The notes under the pieces were generated by a model. That model was given only the letters and a program-made list of their open reading frames with translations, had not been told where the DNA came from and ran no database searches. A DNA stretch of 64,000 bases from Thermodesulfobacteriota bacterium (lineage in GTDB: Bacteria > Desulfobacterota > Deferrimicrobia > Deferrimicrobiales > Deferrimicrobiaceae). The stretch's first letter is position 1. Each line of letters starts with the position of its first letter. The translations under genes were made by a program, and so were the position numbers. The DNA is taken from NCBI GenBank assembly GCA_040758155.1, contig JBFLWB010000144.1, positions 5,481 to 69,480 on the forward strand, in the 5' to 3' direction. Shown piece by piece: positions 63,041-64,000 of this stretch.

Positions 63041-64000
63041 ATGACGACGATGAGGAAACCGGCTGCATGGCTGGCGCTGCTGCTCTGCTGCCTCGTGGCG
63101 CTTCCCCCGTCGGCGCCGGCCGACGATACGGAGCTGTTCACCACCGCGGCGAACCCGAACGTGCTCCTGATGCTCGACACCACCGGTTCCATGGACACAT
63201 CGGCGGACCTCTCCGTCGGCGACCTCGACGGGGACAGCCCTTCGGGGAGCCGGATGGACATCCTCTGGAAGGTCATTTACACCCTGCTCAACGCGGACCT
63301 GAGCACGCCCACCTACGACAATACCGCCACGGGGACGGCCCGGGGGGAGCTGCAGTACGCGAAGCGTACGGACCGGACCACCCTGTCCACAAGCATCAGC
63401 GACAACCGGTATTACGAATACATCATCGTTTACCACATCAGCGCCTCCGACTGGGCGCTCTTCCCCGGCGGTCCCTCTTCCGGAGGCACCGTACGGATCG
63501 GCTCCTGGTCGACCAACGAAAACGTGACCTATACGAGAAGGAGCTCGGGTTCTCCCTACACGCTTTATTTCGACAACCCGCCGTTCGATCCGGGAAAGCG
63601 ATTCAACCACGATTACAACCAGGGGGCGAGGATCTCTTATACCTACACGATCGCCGGCGGCGAGGTGCCGTACCCGGAGAACTTCCCGACCAACAACACG
63701 GAGGCCGAAAGCACCGATTTCCGCAACAACCTCACCACGGAGGATGAGAACATCCTGAAGGCCCGACTGGGGCTCATGACGTTCACTACCTATTTCGGAG
63801 AGGTAAGGACCCTGATTCGGGACCAGATCTACCCCTCGGACAACAACGTCCCGCCGTTCAACACGAGCTATCGGGATATCTGGGATTCCACCACCAATTA
63901 CGCCCACGCCAGCGGCGGCACCCCCACCGCGCAGGCGCTCAACGCCGCGAAGAACTTCTTCAACGTCGCCACGAGCGGCAACACGGTCGACATCTGCCGC
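63041..64000 (+). CDS. pilY1: PilY1-like pilus tip adhesin (N-terminal vWA-like domain), 3' end truncated by the window edge
   Basis: The frame is open from ATG 63041 to the window end and is missing from the ORF track. It has a signal peptide and the MIDAS-like LLMLDTTGSMD motif. A GGAAGGAGA ribosome-binding site lies upstream. Confidence 0.7.
   Translation, partial: MTTMRKPAAWLALLLCCLVALPPSAPADDTELFTTAANPNVLLMLDTTGSMDTSADLSVGDLDGDSPSGSRMDILWKVIYTLLNADLSTPTYDNTATGTARGELQYAKRTDRTTLSTSISDNRYYEYIIVYHISASDWALFPGGPSSGGTVRIGSWSTNENVTYTRRSSGSPYTLYFDNPPFDPGKRFNHDYNQGARISYTYTIAGGEVPYPENFPTNNTEAESTDFRNNLTTEDENILKARLGLMTFTTYFGEVRTLIRDQIYPSDNNVPPFNTSYRDIWDSTTNYAHASGGTPTAQALNAAKNFFNVATSGNTVDICR

Noticed and set aside
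63067-63747. 226-aa ORF in the last kilobase
   Set aside because: Out of frame inside the PilY1-like reading frame, which is open from 63041 to the window end.

Overview
This is a GC-rich (roughly 65-70% by eye) bacterial chromosomal segment, densely coding on both strands with many 4-bp start/stop overlaps. The gene content points to an anaerobic Deltaproteobacteria-like lineage (Desulfobacterota or Myxococcota type), but that is inference only. About 65 protein genes can be supported. They include an HtrA protease truncated at the 5' edge, a PQQ sugar dehydrogenase, a phosphosulfolactate-synthase/MmgE-PrpD pair, a response-regulator-LpxC fusion heading a TRAP-transporter/indolepyruvate-oxidoreductase/PaaK operon, a 2-hydroxyacyl-CoA-dehydratase-like pair with its activase and an overlapping 3-methyladenine glycosylase, an envelope cluster (DUF4412, PBP5-like carboxypeptidase, DUF1736/TPR, Lgt), a c-di-GMP neighbourhood (GGDEF; FecR-OmpA-CHASE2-HD-GYP operon), a VKOR-thioredoxin fusion, a MacB-type ABC efflux set, SUI1, class I aldolase, an AsmA/DUF748 giant protein, a Lon-like protease, a DEAD-box helicase, SixA-TrxB, bacterioferritin, MutY, a Liv-type ABC operon, Csp, Ald, CoaE, SCP2, a sirtuin, and a type IV minor-pilin operon ending in a truncated PilY1. 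I saw no rRNA, tRNA, CRISPR array or transposase. The candidate novelties are the REC-LpxC fusion and its operon, a 185-nt rod-like structured RNA candidate bounded by a 22-bp inverted repeat (6S-like), a partially duplicated FecR-like gene with nucleotide-level conservation of its 3' end, and the FecR-OmpA-CHASE2-HD-GYP signalling module preceded by a small low-GC unknown gene. All coordinates come from reading the sequence and the ORF track; no database search or computation was run.
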